Positions 31,892 to 41,167 are shown, numbered from the stretch's first letter. The stretch: 55,774 bases of DNA from a candidate division WOR-3 bacterium (GCA_965649215.1 CBFGJZ010000001.1:73678-129451), one strand, 5' to 3'. Translations and numbers: made by a program. The notes: generated by a model from the sequence alone, not told the origin.

Positions 31892-33166
31892 TTATGACCA
31901 AACTAACCAAATAAAGAGACAAGCCATACTAACCGCCGCTAAAGTAAAGGGTAAACCGACTTTTACAAATTGTAAAAAACTAATTTTATAACCATTTTTC
32001 TTTAATAATCCAGTGGCAACAATATTAGCTGAAGCTCCGATTGGTGTGATATTACCGCCAACAGTAGTGCCTAAAATCGTGCCAAACAATAAAAGATAAA
32101 CAGGATATTGGTATAGTTGAGCCAAAGGCGTGATGATGCCAACCATCGTGGCAAAATAGGGGATATTGTCAACAAAAGCCGATATCAAAACCGAGAACAA
32201 GACTAAGACAACAAAAGTTATTAATAAGCTACCGCTCGTAAGACGTCCAACAGAACGTGCAAGAGAATCAATAACACCCACATCTTTAAGCGCTCCAACC
32301 AAACAGAAAATACCTGCTAAAAATAAAAGGGTGCCCCAGTCAGCATCTTTTAGGACCGAATAGGTTTTAATTTTATGGGAAAGAGCACTATAAATAATAG
32401 CGATAATTGCATAACTGATACAAATTAAGCCATTGATATTCCCAATGTTATTTTTAAAGAATGATGCGACAATTAAGGAAAGAATTAAAAGGATAAGTAA
32501 GATACCTGGAAAGAGACTAATAATTTTTTCTGGTTCTACAGGGGTTATGGGTTGGTGGAATTTACGAAAGAGGAGAAAGAGCATGAAGAGTGATGCGATA
32601 GCACCGATTTGAACTGCAAAGAATAAGCCCGGTTTGCCATCCATAAAAAAGAAATCATTAAAGGACATTCCGGTATGAGCTGCTAAAATCATACTGGGTG
32701 GGTCGCCAACTAATGTTGCTGAACCTTGTAAGTTTGCTGACAAGCAGATGCCTAAAACAAATGGAATCGGTGAAGTCTTTAATTTTTGCGCCACGGCAAA
32801 GGCAATTGGTGCCATAATGAGGGTAGTGGAAACATTTTCCACAAACGCAGAAAGTAAGCCAGTAAATAAGGATAAAGCCAATATTGCCCAAATCAGATTT
32901 TTCGTGACATCAATTAGGCGTTCGGCCAAATAGGCAGGTATTTTGGAATGGATAAACAGTTCGGCAACAACACTCGTACCCCATAAAACGCCTAAAATAT
33001 TCCAATTAATATGATGATAGATTTGTTTGGGAGAAAGAATACCAAAGAAAACAAGCAATGCTACTGCTAACCAGATCCACAGAAAACGACGATGATGAGT
33101 AATAATTAAGATAAGATAAACTACTATAAAAACGAGGGTAGTTATAAATTGGGGATTACTTAACAC
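31892..33166 (-). CDS. ArsB/NhaD/CitMHS-family (IT superfamily) transporter
   Basis: SAFVENV, ANLQGSATLVGDPP, SAFVDNIP, GGNITPIGASAN. Confidence 0.88.
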   Translation of the reverse strand: MLSNPQFITTLVFIVVYLILIITHHRRFLWIWLAVALLVFFGILSPKQIYHHINWNILGVLWGTSVVAELFIHSKIPAYLAERLIDVTKNLIWAILALSLFTGLLSAFVENVSTTLIMAPIAFAVAQKLKTSPIPFVLGICLSANLQGSATLVGDPPSMILAAHTGMSFNDFFFMDGKPGLFFAVQIGAIASLFMLFLLFRKFHQPITPVEPEKIISLFPGILLILLILSLIVASFFKNNIGNINGLICISYAIIAIIYSALSHKIKTYSVLKDADWGTLLFLAGIFCLVGALKDVGVIDSLARSVGRLTSGSLLITFVVLVLFSVLISAFVDNIPYFATMVGIITPLAQLYQYPVYLLLFGTILGTTVGGNITPIGASANIVATGLLKKNGYKISFLQFVKVGLPFTLAAVSMACLFIWLVWS

Positions 33167-33172
33167 GAGAAT

Positions 33173-33802
33173 CTATTGCAAAGAGTATTCAATAAGCACT
33201 TGCTCATTGTGATTGACAACTCTTTTTACCAAACCGACATCAGGTGCATACCATTCAGAACCTGCATAATATTCCGTGAAATCGTTAAGCATAAAACTTT
33301 CGATAAAGTCAATTTTATAGGTCTGGAAAAAACTTCCTGCCGGTACATTGATATCTTCAATTGCTACAACTTGGCGGGCAATAGTTTGTTGTATAACATA
33401 ATTTTCGCCTAAAACATTAACTGTATCATTAAAAGTAGTTGACCAACTACTGCCTAAAATAAAGGGAAATTTGTATTGTAAAAGAAAGACATTTTGAATT
33501 GGATAGTCAATCCCGCCATAATTTACATAGCGTAATTGTAACTTTTTAAGTTCATTCTCGTTTTGTAACCAATATTCATTTTCAAAGTTACGAGTGATTA
33601 TTTTTGCAAGTGTATTATTGATGACAGTATCATTTTTTACTTCGACAACAATCAAGGTATTTTGATATTGATATTTCCAATAATTACCATTGCGGAGTGG
33701 AAAATAATCGCTACTAGCTCGCAATAACACCCAATTATCATTGTGACATGTAAGCGTTGTTAGGATTAGCGGTAAGATGATAATAAAAGCGTATTTTTTC
33801 AT
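33173..33802 (-). CDS. Hypothetical lipoprotein
   Basis: Signal peptide ending LTC; DYFPL..GNYWKY, VPAGSF, WYAPDVGLVK. Confidence 0.7.
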   Translation of the reverse strand: MKKYAFIIILPLILTTLTCHNDNWVLLRASSDYFPLRNGNYWKYQYQNTLIVVEVKNDTVINNTLAKIITRNFENEYWLQNENELKKLQLRYVNYGGIDYPIQNVFLLQYKFPFILGSSWSTTFNDTVNVLGENYVIQQTIARQVVAIEDINVPAGSFFQTYKIDFIESFMLNDFTEYYAGSEWYAPDVGLVKRVVNHNEQVLIEYSLQ

Positions 33803-34317
33803 AGGATGTTAAGTTTTATGCCAATGAGGATTTTTACAAGATAGTTATTAACATTAAGTTGTTGATTTTGCCAACGACGGGATTGGACAATCTGGTCAGC
33901 GTGTAAGAGAGTAAAGAGAGTGGGTTGAAAGTTATTATTGGCAAGGATTTGCTCGTATTTAACACCGTAACGCAAGCCCCAAAGCGTGCCTTGTTCATGA
34001 TTACGATTGAGACGGCGTATGATATGATAATATCCTGTCCCGACTTGAATGCTTATCTTTCTGTATTCGTTTTTAGAAATTGGATACCCATAAGCAGCTG
34101 TTATCCCGTGAATATTTAGTTTTTCTTGAGGAATGAATTGATTACTAAACTGGCTATAAGTGTAATTTAATTCAAAACGATTGATTTCTGATAATAAAGA
34201 TACGGAAGTGCCAATCCGATAAACATCAAGCCTACCCATTGGTAAATACGGTCCAAAACTTATGCCAAGATTGATAAGATTGAAAAGATAAATAGTACTA
34301 ATGAGATTTAGTAACAT
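33799..34317 (-). CDS. Hypothetical protein, possible small outer-membrane beta-barrel
   Basis: Alternating hydrophobic strands (GTGYYHI, LRYGVKYE, ILIGIKLNIL). Confidence 0.5.
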   Translation of the reverse strand: MLLNLISTIYLFNLINLGISFGPYLPMGRLDVYRIGTSVSLLSEINRFELNYTYSQFSNQFIPQEKLNIHGITAAYGYPISKNEYRKISIQVGTGYYHIIRRLNRNHEQGTLWGLRYGVKYEQILANNNFQPTLFTLLHADQIVQSRRWQNQQLNVNNYLVKILIGIKLNIL

Positions 34318-34409
34318 CAGTAGATTAATCTATCAGAACAGCTAATAATTGTCAATAGTAAGCAAAGATTCTTCATTCAGAGTTGAGTTTAATAAGTGGG
34401 GTTGTTGTT

Positions 34410-35768
34410 TTATTGTTTTGGTCTTAGAAATCTGATAGTATTGAGAATTAAGTCTTTACCATAGTTTAATCTTCTTAAAGCATAATCAGTCATAATGCCC
34501 AGAGCATAACTGGGCGAAGTTGCTTTGGCTTCGCTGACATCTTTTAGGAGAAACAAAGCAAGGAAACGGGTGAGGCCGGCAAAGACGAAGAATAACTGGT
34601 AATTGACGATAGTTAAGCTACCGATTTCAAGGTGAAATGTTTTTAAGAGACCTGCCAGATAGCCACCGATGAGAGACGAAATAAATCCACATATACCTGT
34701 GATTGTTGCATAGATTGCAAAATAACTTTCTTTCTGTTCTTCATTATCCGACAGAGAAAAGACAATGTTAAAGACACTTAAGTTGACGCCGGGCCAAAAG
34801 ATACCTGTTAAAAATGCATCCAACCAGACAGGTAAGAGGAAGTTTGGTTTGGGAAAGAGCCAGAGTAAAGGTAAAAAACCGATACAAAAGAAATTGATGA
34901 ATAACACTGGTTTAGATTTAAAGCGGTCAATAGCTTTACCCCATAATGGCTGGAAGATTAAGATAATACTGTTAGCAATGATTGAATAGATCGCAACAGT
35001 GGAATATGCCATTCTGAGATTATTAAGCATAAAGACAATATAGAAAGGACTGGCAATTCCACCGGTCAGAAACCAAAAAGCAATGAATCTTAAAAATTTT
35101 CTAAAATTAGCATCTCGAAATGGAGCAACAATGATATTCTTTAAACTGGTCTTGACGCGAGTTGTAAATACTTCTGGTTGTTGGGATAAGAGAATGGTGC
35201 TGATCGTAGAGGCAATGCTTGCGATTAAGAAGATAAGACCAAAACCAACTCGATCCTGATTATGGTTCTTAAAGTAGTCTAATAGTCTTGCTCCTGAAAA
35301 AGAAACGATCATTGAAATTAAACCCATAAGGGTGTTTCTTAAACCAAAGAACCGACCCCGTTTTTCTTTTGGCACTAAATCGCTCATCCAAGATAGCCAA
35401 GAATTATCGGCAATCACTAATAAAGCATTAAAAATGCCAATTAAAATTAAGAAATAAGATAGATTGAGTTTATGGTTGGTAAGCATTATAACTGCTGGAA
35501 TTAGAAACAAAGCACGTCCCAGACCAGAAGTTATGATTGTCAATGGCTTACGATATTTTAACCGATTAACTAAAAATGCTGAGATAAAGCCAAAACTTGC
35601 CAGTAAGGCAGGAATTGCGGCTAATAAGCCGATATGAAATGGCGTTGCTCCGAGATAGAGGGCAAAACCTGTTAAAAACATCCCTGTGGTCAAGGTGATA
35701 TGGATATTAGCAAATAAGCCTTGAATAATAGAAATACGCAACCCTTTTTGGATTTTGTCATTATCCAT
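34410..35768 (-). CDS. MFS transporter
   Basis: WMSDLVPKEKRGRFFG, WGKAIDRF. Start moved to ATG 35768, 8 nt after a -10 box. Confidence 0.88.
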   Translation of the reverse strand: MDNDKIQKGLRISIIQGLFANIHITLTTGMFLTGFALYLGATPFHIGLLAAIPALLASFGFISAFLVNRLKYRKPLTIITSGLGRALFLIPAVIMLTNHKLNLSYFLILIGIFNALLVIADNSWLSWMSDLVPKEKRGRFFGLRNTLMGLISMIVSFSGARLLDYFKNHNQDRVGFGLIFLIASIASTISTILLSQQPEVFTTRVKTSLKNIIVAPFRDANFRKFLRFIAFWFLTGGIASPFYIVFMLNNLRMAYSTVAIYSIIANSIILIFQPLWGKAIDRFKSKPVLFINFFCIGFLPLLWLFPKPNFLLPVWLDAFLTGIFWPGVNLSVFNIVFSLSDNEEQKESYFAIYATITGICGFISSLIGGYLAGLLKTFHLEIGSLTIVNYQLFFVFAGLTRFLALFLLKDVSEAKATSPSYALGIMTDYALRRLNYGKDLILNTIRFLRPKQ

Positions 35769-35776
35769 AAGAAAAA

Positions 35777-35804
35777 ATTTTATCAATATATTGCTAAAAG
35801 TCAA
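35777..35804 (-). promoter_or_regulatory. sigma70-type promoter of the MFS gene (near-leaderless)
   Basis: TTGACT-16bp-(TGa)TAAAAT. Confidence 0.6.
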
Positions 35805-35822
35805 TTAATGGTGTGGTCAATA

Positions 35823-35851
35823 TTGACTTGAGGCGAATTTTATGGTATCCT
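35823..35851 (+). promoter_or_regulatory. sigma70-type promoter of pruA
   Basis: TTGACT-17bp-(TGg)TATCCT. Confidence 0.55.
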
Positions 35852-35885
35852 ATTGTTATTATACATATTAAATTTGGAGGCAATA

Positions 35886-37439
35886 ATGATAAAAGAATTT
35901 GTAAATGAACCATTAACTGATTTTACGAGAGACGAAAATACTAAAAAGATGAATGATGCTTTAGCCAAAGTGAGTCAAAACTTTGGTAAAGAGTATGATT
36001 TAATAATTGATGGTCAAAATATTAAAACCAAAGATAAATTAAATTCTTATAATCCATCTCAAAAAGACGAAATCGTCGGTGTTTTTCAAAAAGCCACGGA
36101 AAAAGAAGCCGAAATGGCGATGCAAGCTGCGCTAAAGCGATTTGAGACTTGGCGTTTCTTTTCGACCAAAGAACGAGCGCTAATCCTACTCCGAGCTGCT
36201 AATATTATGCGTCGACGAAAGTTTGAATTGAGTGCTACGATGGTCTATGAAGTGGGTAAAAACTGGATGGAAGCTGATGCCGATACTGCAGAAGCAATTG
36301 ATTTTTTAGAGTTTTATGCTCGCGAAGCAATTCGTTATAGTGATGATCAACCGCTTACACCTTATCCAGGCGAGTTTAACGAGTTAAAGTATATCCCATT
36401 AGGAGTTGGTATAATTATTCCACCATGGAACTTTCCTTTAGCAATTCTTTGCGGTATGACTTCTGCGGCAGTTGTGACCGGTAACACGGTTGTATTAAAA
36501 CCATCCAGTGATGCTCCACTGATTGCTTATAAGTTTATGGAAGTGATGATTGAAGCGGGCCTACCAGCCGGCGTGATTAATTTCTTAACCGGTTCCGGTG
36601 CGATTGCGGGTAATTATCTGGTTGGTCATCCGAAAACAAGATTTATTGCATTTACGGGCTCAAAACCAGTTGGTTTAGGAATTGTTGAATTAGCAGGCAA
36701 AACTCAAGCCGGTCAAATCTGGATTAAGCGAGTGATTGCTGAGATGGGTGGTAAAGATTTTATTATCATAGATAATGAGGCAGATTTAAACGATGCTTTG
36801 CCTGGGGTAATTGCTGCAGCTTATGGTTTTCAAGGTCAGAAATGCTCGGCTTGTTCACGCTTAATCGTGCATCAAGATGTGTATGATAGTTTTGTTAAGA
36901 TGGTTGGTGATGCGGTAAGTAAGATTAAAGTCGGACCCACCAAAAATAAAGAAAATTACATGGGACCAGTCATCAATGCTTCGGCTTATAAATCAATTAT
37001 GGAATATATTGAGGTTGGTAAGAAAGAAGGTAGATTGATAGCGGGTGGCAAAGAGTCGCCATTAGCCAAAGATGGTTATTTTATTGAACCAACAGTATTT
37101 GCTGATGTTGACCCTCAAGCTAAGATCGCCCAAGAAGAGATTTTTGGACCGGTGCTTGCAATTATCAAAGCTAAAGATTTTGAACATTCAATTGAGATTG
37201 CTAATAATACTGAATATGGTCTGACGGGTGCAATTTATAGCCGGAACCGAGAAAAACTTAACAAAGCCAAGAAGTTGCTTCACTGTGGTAATTTATATCT
37301 GAACCGTAAATGTACAGGTGCTTTAGTTGGTGTGCATCCCTTTGGTGGATTCAATATGTCGGGCACAGATTCCAAAGCCGGTGGCAGAGATTATTTAGGT
37401 CTATTTTTACAAGCAAAATCAATTTCAGAAAAATTGTAA
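35886..37439 (+). CDS. pruA: L-glutamate gamma-semialdehyde (P5C) dehydrogenase, RocA/PruA
   Basis: FVNEP, EAIDFLEFY, PWNFP, AEMGGK, GQKCSACSR, EEIFGP, GGFNMSGT. ATG 35886 behind GGAGG. Confidence 0.93.
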   Translation: MIKEFVNEPLTDFTRDENTKKMNDALAKVSQNFGKEYDLIIDGQNIKTKDKLNSYNPSQKDEIVGVFQKATEKEAEMAMQAALKRFETWRFFSTKERALILLRAANIMRRRKFELSATMVYEVGKNWMEADADTAEAIDFLEFYAREAIRYSDDQPLTPYPGEFNELKYIPLGVGIIIPPWNFPLAILCGMTSAAVVTGNTVVLKPSSDAPLIAYKFMEVMIEAGLPAGVINFLTGSGAIAGNYLVGHPKTRFIAFTGSKPVGLGIVELAGKTQAGQIWIKRVIAEMGGKDFIIIDNEADLNDALPGVIAAAYGFQGQKCSACSRLIVHQDVYDSFVKMVGDAVSKIKVGPTKNKENYMGPVINASAYKSIMEYIEVGKKEGRLIAGGKESPLAKDGYFIEPTVFADVDPQAKIAQEEIFGPVLAIIKAKDFEHSIEIANNTEYGLTGAIYSRNREKLNKAKKLLHCGNLYLNRKCTGALVGVHPFGGFNMSGTDSKAGGRDYLGLFLQAKSISEKL

Positions 37440-37490
37440 ATTAGCTATTAGTTAGATAACAGCTAATAACTTTTCTTGAAAGGTGAGCGT

Positions 37491-38822
37491 ATGAATCCAA
37501 AGCGTAGAAAAGTAATTATCATGGGTGCAGCAGGTAGAGATTTTCATAATTTCAATGTCTTTTTCCGAGATAATTTAGATTATGAAGTTGTTGCCTTTAC
37601 TGCCACCCAGATTCCTAATATTGAAAATCGTCATTATCCTGCAGTGTTAGCAGGTAAGTTATATCCGAATGGGATTCCAATTTATCCGGAAACCCAACTG
37701 ACTGAATTGATCAAGAAAAATCGAGTTGATATTGTTGTTTTTGCTTATTCTGATGTTTCACACGAATATGTGATGCAGAAAGCAAGTGAAGCATTAGCAG
37801 CTCGAGCCGACTGGTGGCTTTTGGGTCCGCATGCTACCCAATTAAAAGCCAAAAAACCGGTAATTGCGATTTGTGCGGTAAGAACCGGTGCCGGTAAAAG
37901 CCAAACTACCCGTCGGATTGCAGAGATCTTAAAAGAATTGGGTAAAAAGGTTTGTGCAGTGCGTCATCCAATGCCGTATGGTAATTTGGAAGAACAGATT
38001 GTACAACGATTTGAAAAAGCAGAAGATTTAGATAATAATAAATGCACGATTGAAGAACGCGAAGAATATGAAGCTCATATTATGCGGGGCACAACAGTTT
38101 TTGCTGGTGTCGATTATGGTAAGATTTTAGAAGAAGCGGAAAGAGATTTTGATATTATCTTATGGGATGGTGGTAATAATGATTTCTCTTTTTATAAACC
38201 CAATCTTTTGATTACAGTAGTCGATCCACTCCGAGCTGGTCATGAGATTAGTTATTACCCAGGAAGTGTGCTCTTTCGGTCGGCACAGGTTATTGTGATA
38301 AATAAGATGGACTCAGCGTCACCTGAGCAAATCAAAACGATTATGGATAATTTAGCCAAGTATAATCCTAAAGCAACGGTATTAGAAGCGCACTCACTCT
38401 TAACTGTCTCTAATCCAGATATGATTAAAGGTAAACGTGTCTTAGTAGTGGAGGACGGTCCAACTTTAACCCATGGCGAGATGACTTATGGAGCAGGAAG
38501 TGTTGCGGCTCAGCGATACGGTGCGGGTGAAATCATTGAGCCAATGCCTTTTGCAACAGGTTCGATTCTTGATGCTTATGAGAAATATCCCCACCTAAAG
38601 AAGTGTCTGCCCGCACTTGGTTATAGTAAAATCCAGATTCAAGAGTTAGAAGAGACCATTAATAATACTCCCGCTGATGTGGTCGTCACGGCAACACCGA
38701 TTAACTTATCGCGAGTGCTCAAGGTTAATAAACCGATTGTCAATGTTGAATACAGTCTGAAAGAAATCTCCAAACCGGATTTAAAAGAGATAATTACTGA
38801 TTTCTTTAATAAAAACTCGTAA
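37491..38822 (+). CDS. COG2403 P-loop protein (cyclic 2,3-diphosphoglycerate synthetase-like; candidate arginine synthetase)
   Basis: MGAAGRDFHNFN, AVRTGAGKSQT, RHPMPYG, WDGGNND, EDGPTLTHG. Confidence 0.8.
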   Translation: MNPKRRKVIIMGAAGRDFHNFNVFFRDNLDYEVVAFTATQIPNIENRHYPAVLAGKLYPNGIPIYPETQLTELIKKNRVDIVVFAYSDVSHEYVMQKASEALAARADWWLLGPHATQLKAKKPVIAICAVRTGAGKSQTTRRIAEILKELGKKVCAVRHPMPYGNLEEQIVQRFEKAEDLDNNKCTIEEREEYEAHIMRGTTVFAGVDYGKILEEAERDFDIILWDGGNNDFSFYKPNLLITVVDPLRAGHEISYYPGSVLFRSAQVIVINKMDSASPEQIKTIMDNLAKYNPKATVLEAHSLLTVSNPDMIKGKRVLVVEDGPTLTHGEMTYGAGSVAAQRYGAGEIIEPMPFATGSILDAYEKYPHLKKCLPALGYSKIQIQELEETINNTPADVVVTATPINLSRVLKVNKPIVNVEYSLKEISKPDLKEIITDFFNKNS

Positions 38823-38838
38823 AATAAAACACATTTTC

Positions 38839-38879
38839 AAGCCGATGGTTCTTGATTTGCCATCGGCTTTTTATTTTTA
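38839..38879 (+). terminator. Intrinsic terminator
   Basis: AAGCCGATGG/CCATCGGCTT 10-bp stem followed by a T-rich tract. Confidence 0.85.
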
Positions 38880-38930
38880 TAATTAATACTTGTAAATATT
38901 GACATACAATATGCATTCAATCCAATTAAG

Positions 38931-39248
38931 ATGGATATGAAAAGTAGTAACATTATGACTAAAGCTAAATTGATAAAAATATTAAAAAGCCATAACAATA
39001 TTATTCGGGATAGATTTAAAGTGAAAAATATTGGGTTGTTTGGTTCTTATGTGCGTGATGAACAGAAAAAAACAAGTGATATTGATGTGCTGGTTGAATT
39101 TGAAAAAGGGCATAAAACATTTAATAACTATATCGACCTAAAATTCTATTTAGAAGAAATATTCAAATCAAAAATCGACTTGGTTATAAAAGATGCCGTT
39201 CGCGTAGAATTAAAAGAATATATTTTTAATGAAGTAGTTTATGTCTAA
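38931..39248 (+). CDS. Minimal nucleotidyltransferase (MNT/MntA-type antitoxin)
   Basis: [21 protein letters not shown] (GSX10DXD). Start could be 38931, 38937 or 38955. Confidence 0.9.
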   Translation: MDMKSSNIMTKAKLIKILKSHNNIIRDRFKVKNIGLFGSYVRDEQKKTSDIDVLVEFEKGHKTFNNYIDLKFYLEEIFKSKIDLVIKDAVRVELKEYIFNEVVYV

Positions 39249-39589
39249 ACGAAATTATATATTATTTATATATAAATGATATAAACGCCAGCTCCAAGAA
39301 AATTTTAGATTATATTGGCACTAAATCTTATCAGAAATTTATTAACAGCCCAATACTAATCGATGCAGTGGTCAGAAATTTCGAGATTATTGGTGAAGCA
39401 GTTAAAAGAATCCCAGATGAAGTTAAAACTAAATATCCACAGGTGGACTGGAAACGGATTGCAGGTTTAAGGGATATTCTGATTCATGATTATTTTGGGA
39501 TTGATTTAGAAGTATTATGGGATATTATTGAGCATCAGATACCAGATTTGAATAAGAAAATCAAAGAAATTTTTAAAGATATAAAATAG
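39241..39589 (+). pseudogene. HEPN/DUF86 (HepT-type) toxin, frameshifted near the 5' end
   Basis: ATG 39241 reads [12 protein letters not shown] while the +1 frame reads [11 protein letters not shown]...[13 protein letters not shown]...[10 protein letters not shown] (RX4H). The shift is at a (TA)4 tract, 39267-39274. Confidence 0.85.
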
Positions 39590-39618
39590 TCATAGTAACC
39601 CATTTAATATTATATAAA

Positions 39619-39690
39619 TTTCGTGTTTTCTTGCTTTCATGCTTTCGTAGTAATTCTTTTTAATCCGTGTCAATCTGTGTAATCTGTGGT
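39619..39690. repeat. Two adjacent short-period repeat tracts
   Basis: TTTCGTGT TTTCTTGC TTTCATGC TTTCGTAG, then AATCCGTGTC AATCTGTGT AATCTGTGGT. Confidence 0.75.
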
Positions 39691-39709
39691 TACAGTTCTT
39701 AAATCTTCC

Positions 39710-39737
39710 TTGACAAATCAATATAGGGTATTATAAT
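39710..39737 (+). promoter_or_regulatory. Consensus sigma70 promoter
   Basis: TTGACA-16bp-TATAAT. Confidence 0.7.
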
Positions 39738-39779
39738 AAGCAAATTATGATGATTAAGAAGATAGGGGTGTATTATCAT

Positions 39780-39803
39780 GCAATAATCTGGCACGATTAT
39801 TGC
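39780..39803 (+). promoter_or_regulatory. sigma54 (-24/-12) consensus embedded in a 9-bp inverted repeat
   Basis: TGGCACG-ATTA-TTGC at 39789-39803, within GCAATAATC-tggcac-GATTATTGC. Confidence 0.65.
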
Positions 39804-39825
39804 GACAGACAGACAGACAGACAGA
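39804..39825 (+). repeat. (GACA)5-GA microsatellite
   Basis: gacagacagacagacagacaga directly after the -12 box. Confidence 0.95.
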
Positions 39826-39880
39826 ACTAATAGCTTAAATAAATTTTATAAAACACAAATTCAATAAAAAAGGAGAAAAT

Positions 39881-40951
39881 ATGGAACAACAATACGAGTT
39901 TGATGAAAAACTTGTACAAAAAACAGCCGAAGAAGTCATTGATAAACAAAATGAAGAAATCGAAAAATCCCTGGATAACAGATTAGTCATAACTGTTATG
40001 GGAATTGTCAATGTCGGTAAAAGCACTTTGATTCGACAGATATTAGATATAAATTATTCGCATGTCAAACCGGAAATTAGCTCTATACCAGGTACAACTA
40101 AAAAGGTTGAGATATACAACCTAGAGAAAAATATTGTCATTGCGGATACACCAGGACTTGAAGATGTCAACAAAGAAATCGCACAAAAGACACTTGATTT
40201 TATAAAAGACAGTGATATCGTGCTTTATCTTTTTAATGCCACGATTGGAGTGAGCGAACAACAGAAAATCGCTTATGATAGAGTAAGCGGGAAAAAACCA
40301 ACTTTGGTTATTCTTAATAAAATAGATGCGGTAAAAAAAGAAGATGACAGAATCAAATTGTTAGAACATACCAAGAAAACCTTGAATACAGATAATGTTA
40401 TAATGACATGTGCAGAAGAAGGATATAATGTTGATAAGGTGATTAAATGGGTAAATAATATATTGGAAAAATCAGGAAAAGATTTATTATGGGCAAAAAT
40501 TGCTCGAAAAAAGGATGAAATTGTAGATAAGTGGATAATGGGTGCTTCAATGACAGCAGCAGCAATCGGTGCTCTTCCGATTCCAGGTTCAGATATAGTT
40601 CCTTTAACTGCTTGTCAAATCGGACTTATTTTAAAAATTGGATCAGTATATGGCTACAAACTGTCTAGAGAAGATGCGCGTGCACTAATAGGACCTACGC
40701 TATCAGGTATGATTGGTCGGACAATATTCCGACAACTTGTAAAATTGTTTCCAGGGGTAGGATGGTTAGTTGCTGCAGCTATAGCTGGAAGTATAACTTA
40801 TGCTCTTGGTAAAACAATGAAAATGTACTTCAAGAGTGGTATGACTATACCGATTGAACAACTTGGTCAAATCGCAGTTGAATATGCTAAAGAAGCAAAA
40901 CAATATGAAGATATATTTAAGGAAGAACGCAAAAAAGCAAAGAGTAGTTAG
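39881..40951 (+). CDS. Era/TRAFAC-type GTPase fused to a DUF697 (YcjF-like) membrane domain
   Basis: G1 GIVNVGKS, G2 PGTT, G3 DTPG, G4 NKID. C-terminal AAAIGALPIPGSD..L...Q and KLFPGVG..AAIAGSITYALG. SD AAGGAG. Confidence 0.85.
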   Translation: MEQQYEFDEKLVQKTAEEVIDKQNEEIEKSLDNRLVITVMGIVNVGKSTLIRQILDINYSHVKPEISSIPGTTKKVEIYNLEKNIVIADTPGLEDVNKEIAQKTLDFIKDSDIVLYLFNATIGVSEQQKIAYDRVSGKKPTLVILNKIDAVKKEDDRIKLLEHTKKTLNTDNVIMTCAEEGYNVDKVIKWVNNILEKSGKDLLWAKIARKKDEIVDKWIMGASMTAAAIGALPIPGSDIVPLTACQIGLILKIGSVYGYKLSREDARALIGPTLSGMIGRTIFRQLVKLFPGVGWLVAAAIAGSITYALGKTMKMYFKSGMTIPIEQLGQIAVEYAKEAKQYEDIFKEERKKAKSS

Positions 40952-40987
40952 ACAACGCTATTACATAAAATAAGGAGTTTTATAACG

Positions 40988-41167
40988 ATGAAAAAACATA
41001 TAGATATGAATGTTAAATCTAAAGAAGGTTGTAATGTGTATATTGTTGGTGACCTTGAAATAAAAGGTTTATTAAAAGTTACCGGGTTTAAAGGCACCAT
41101 TACTATAAGTGGGAGCGGAAGTTGTCCGAATGGAACGATGCATTTTGATTATCCAGAACATAAGTAA
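40988..41167 (+). CDS. Small hypothetical protein, 59 aa (absent from the ORF track)
   Basis: SD TAAGGAG, then MKKHIDMNVKSKEGCNVYIVGDLEIKGLLKVTGFKGTITISGSGSCPNGTMHFDYPEHK followed by TAA TAA. Confidence 0.7.
   Translation: MKKHIDMNVKSKEGCNVYIVGDLEIKGLLKVTGFKGTITISGSGSCPNGTMHFDYPEHK

Noticed and set aside
37440-37471. ATTAGCT/AGCTAAT inverted repeat as a terminator
   Set aside because: Weak AT-rich stem inside an apparent two-gene operon.
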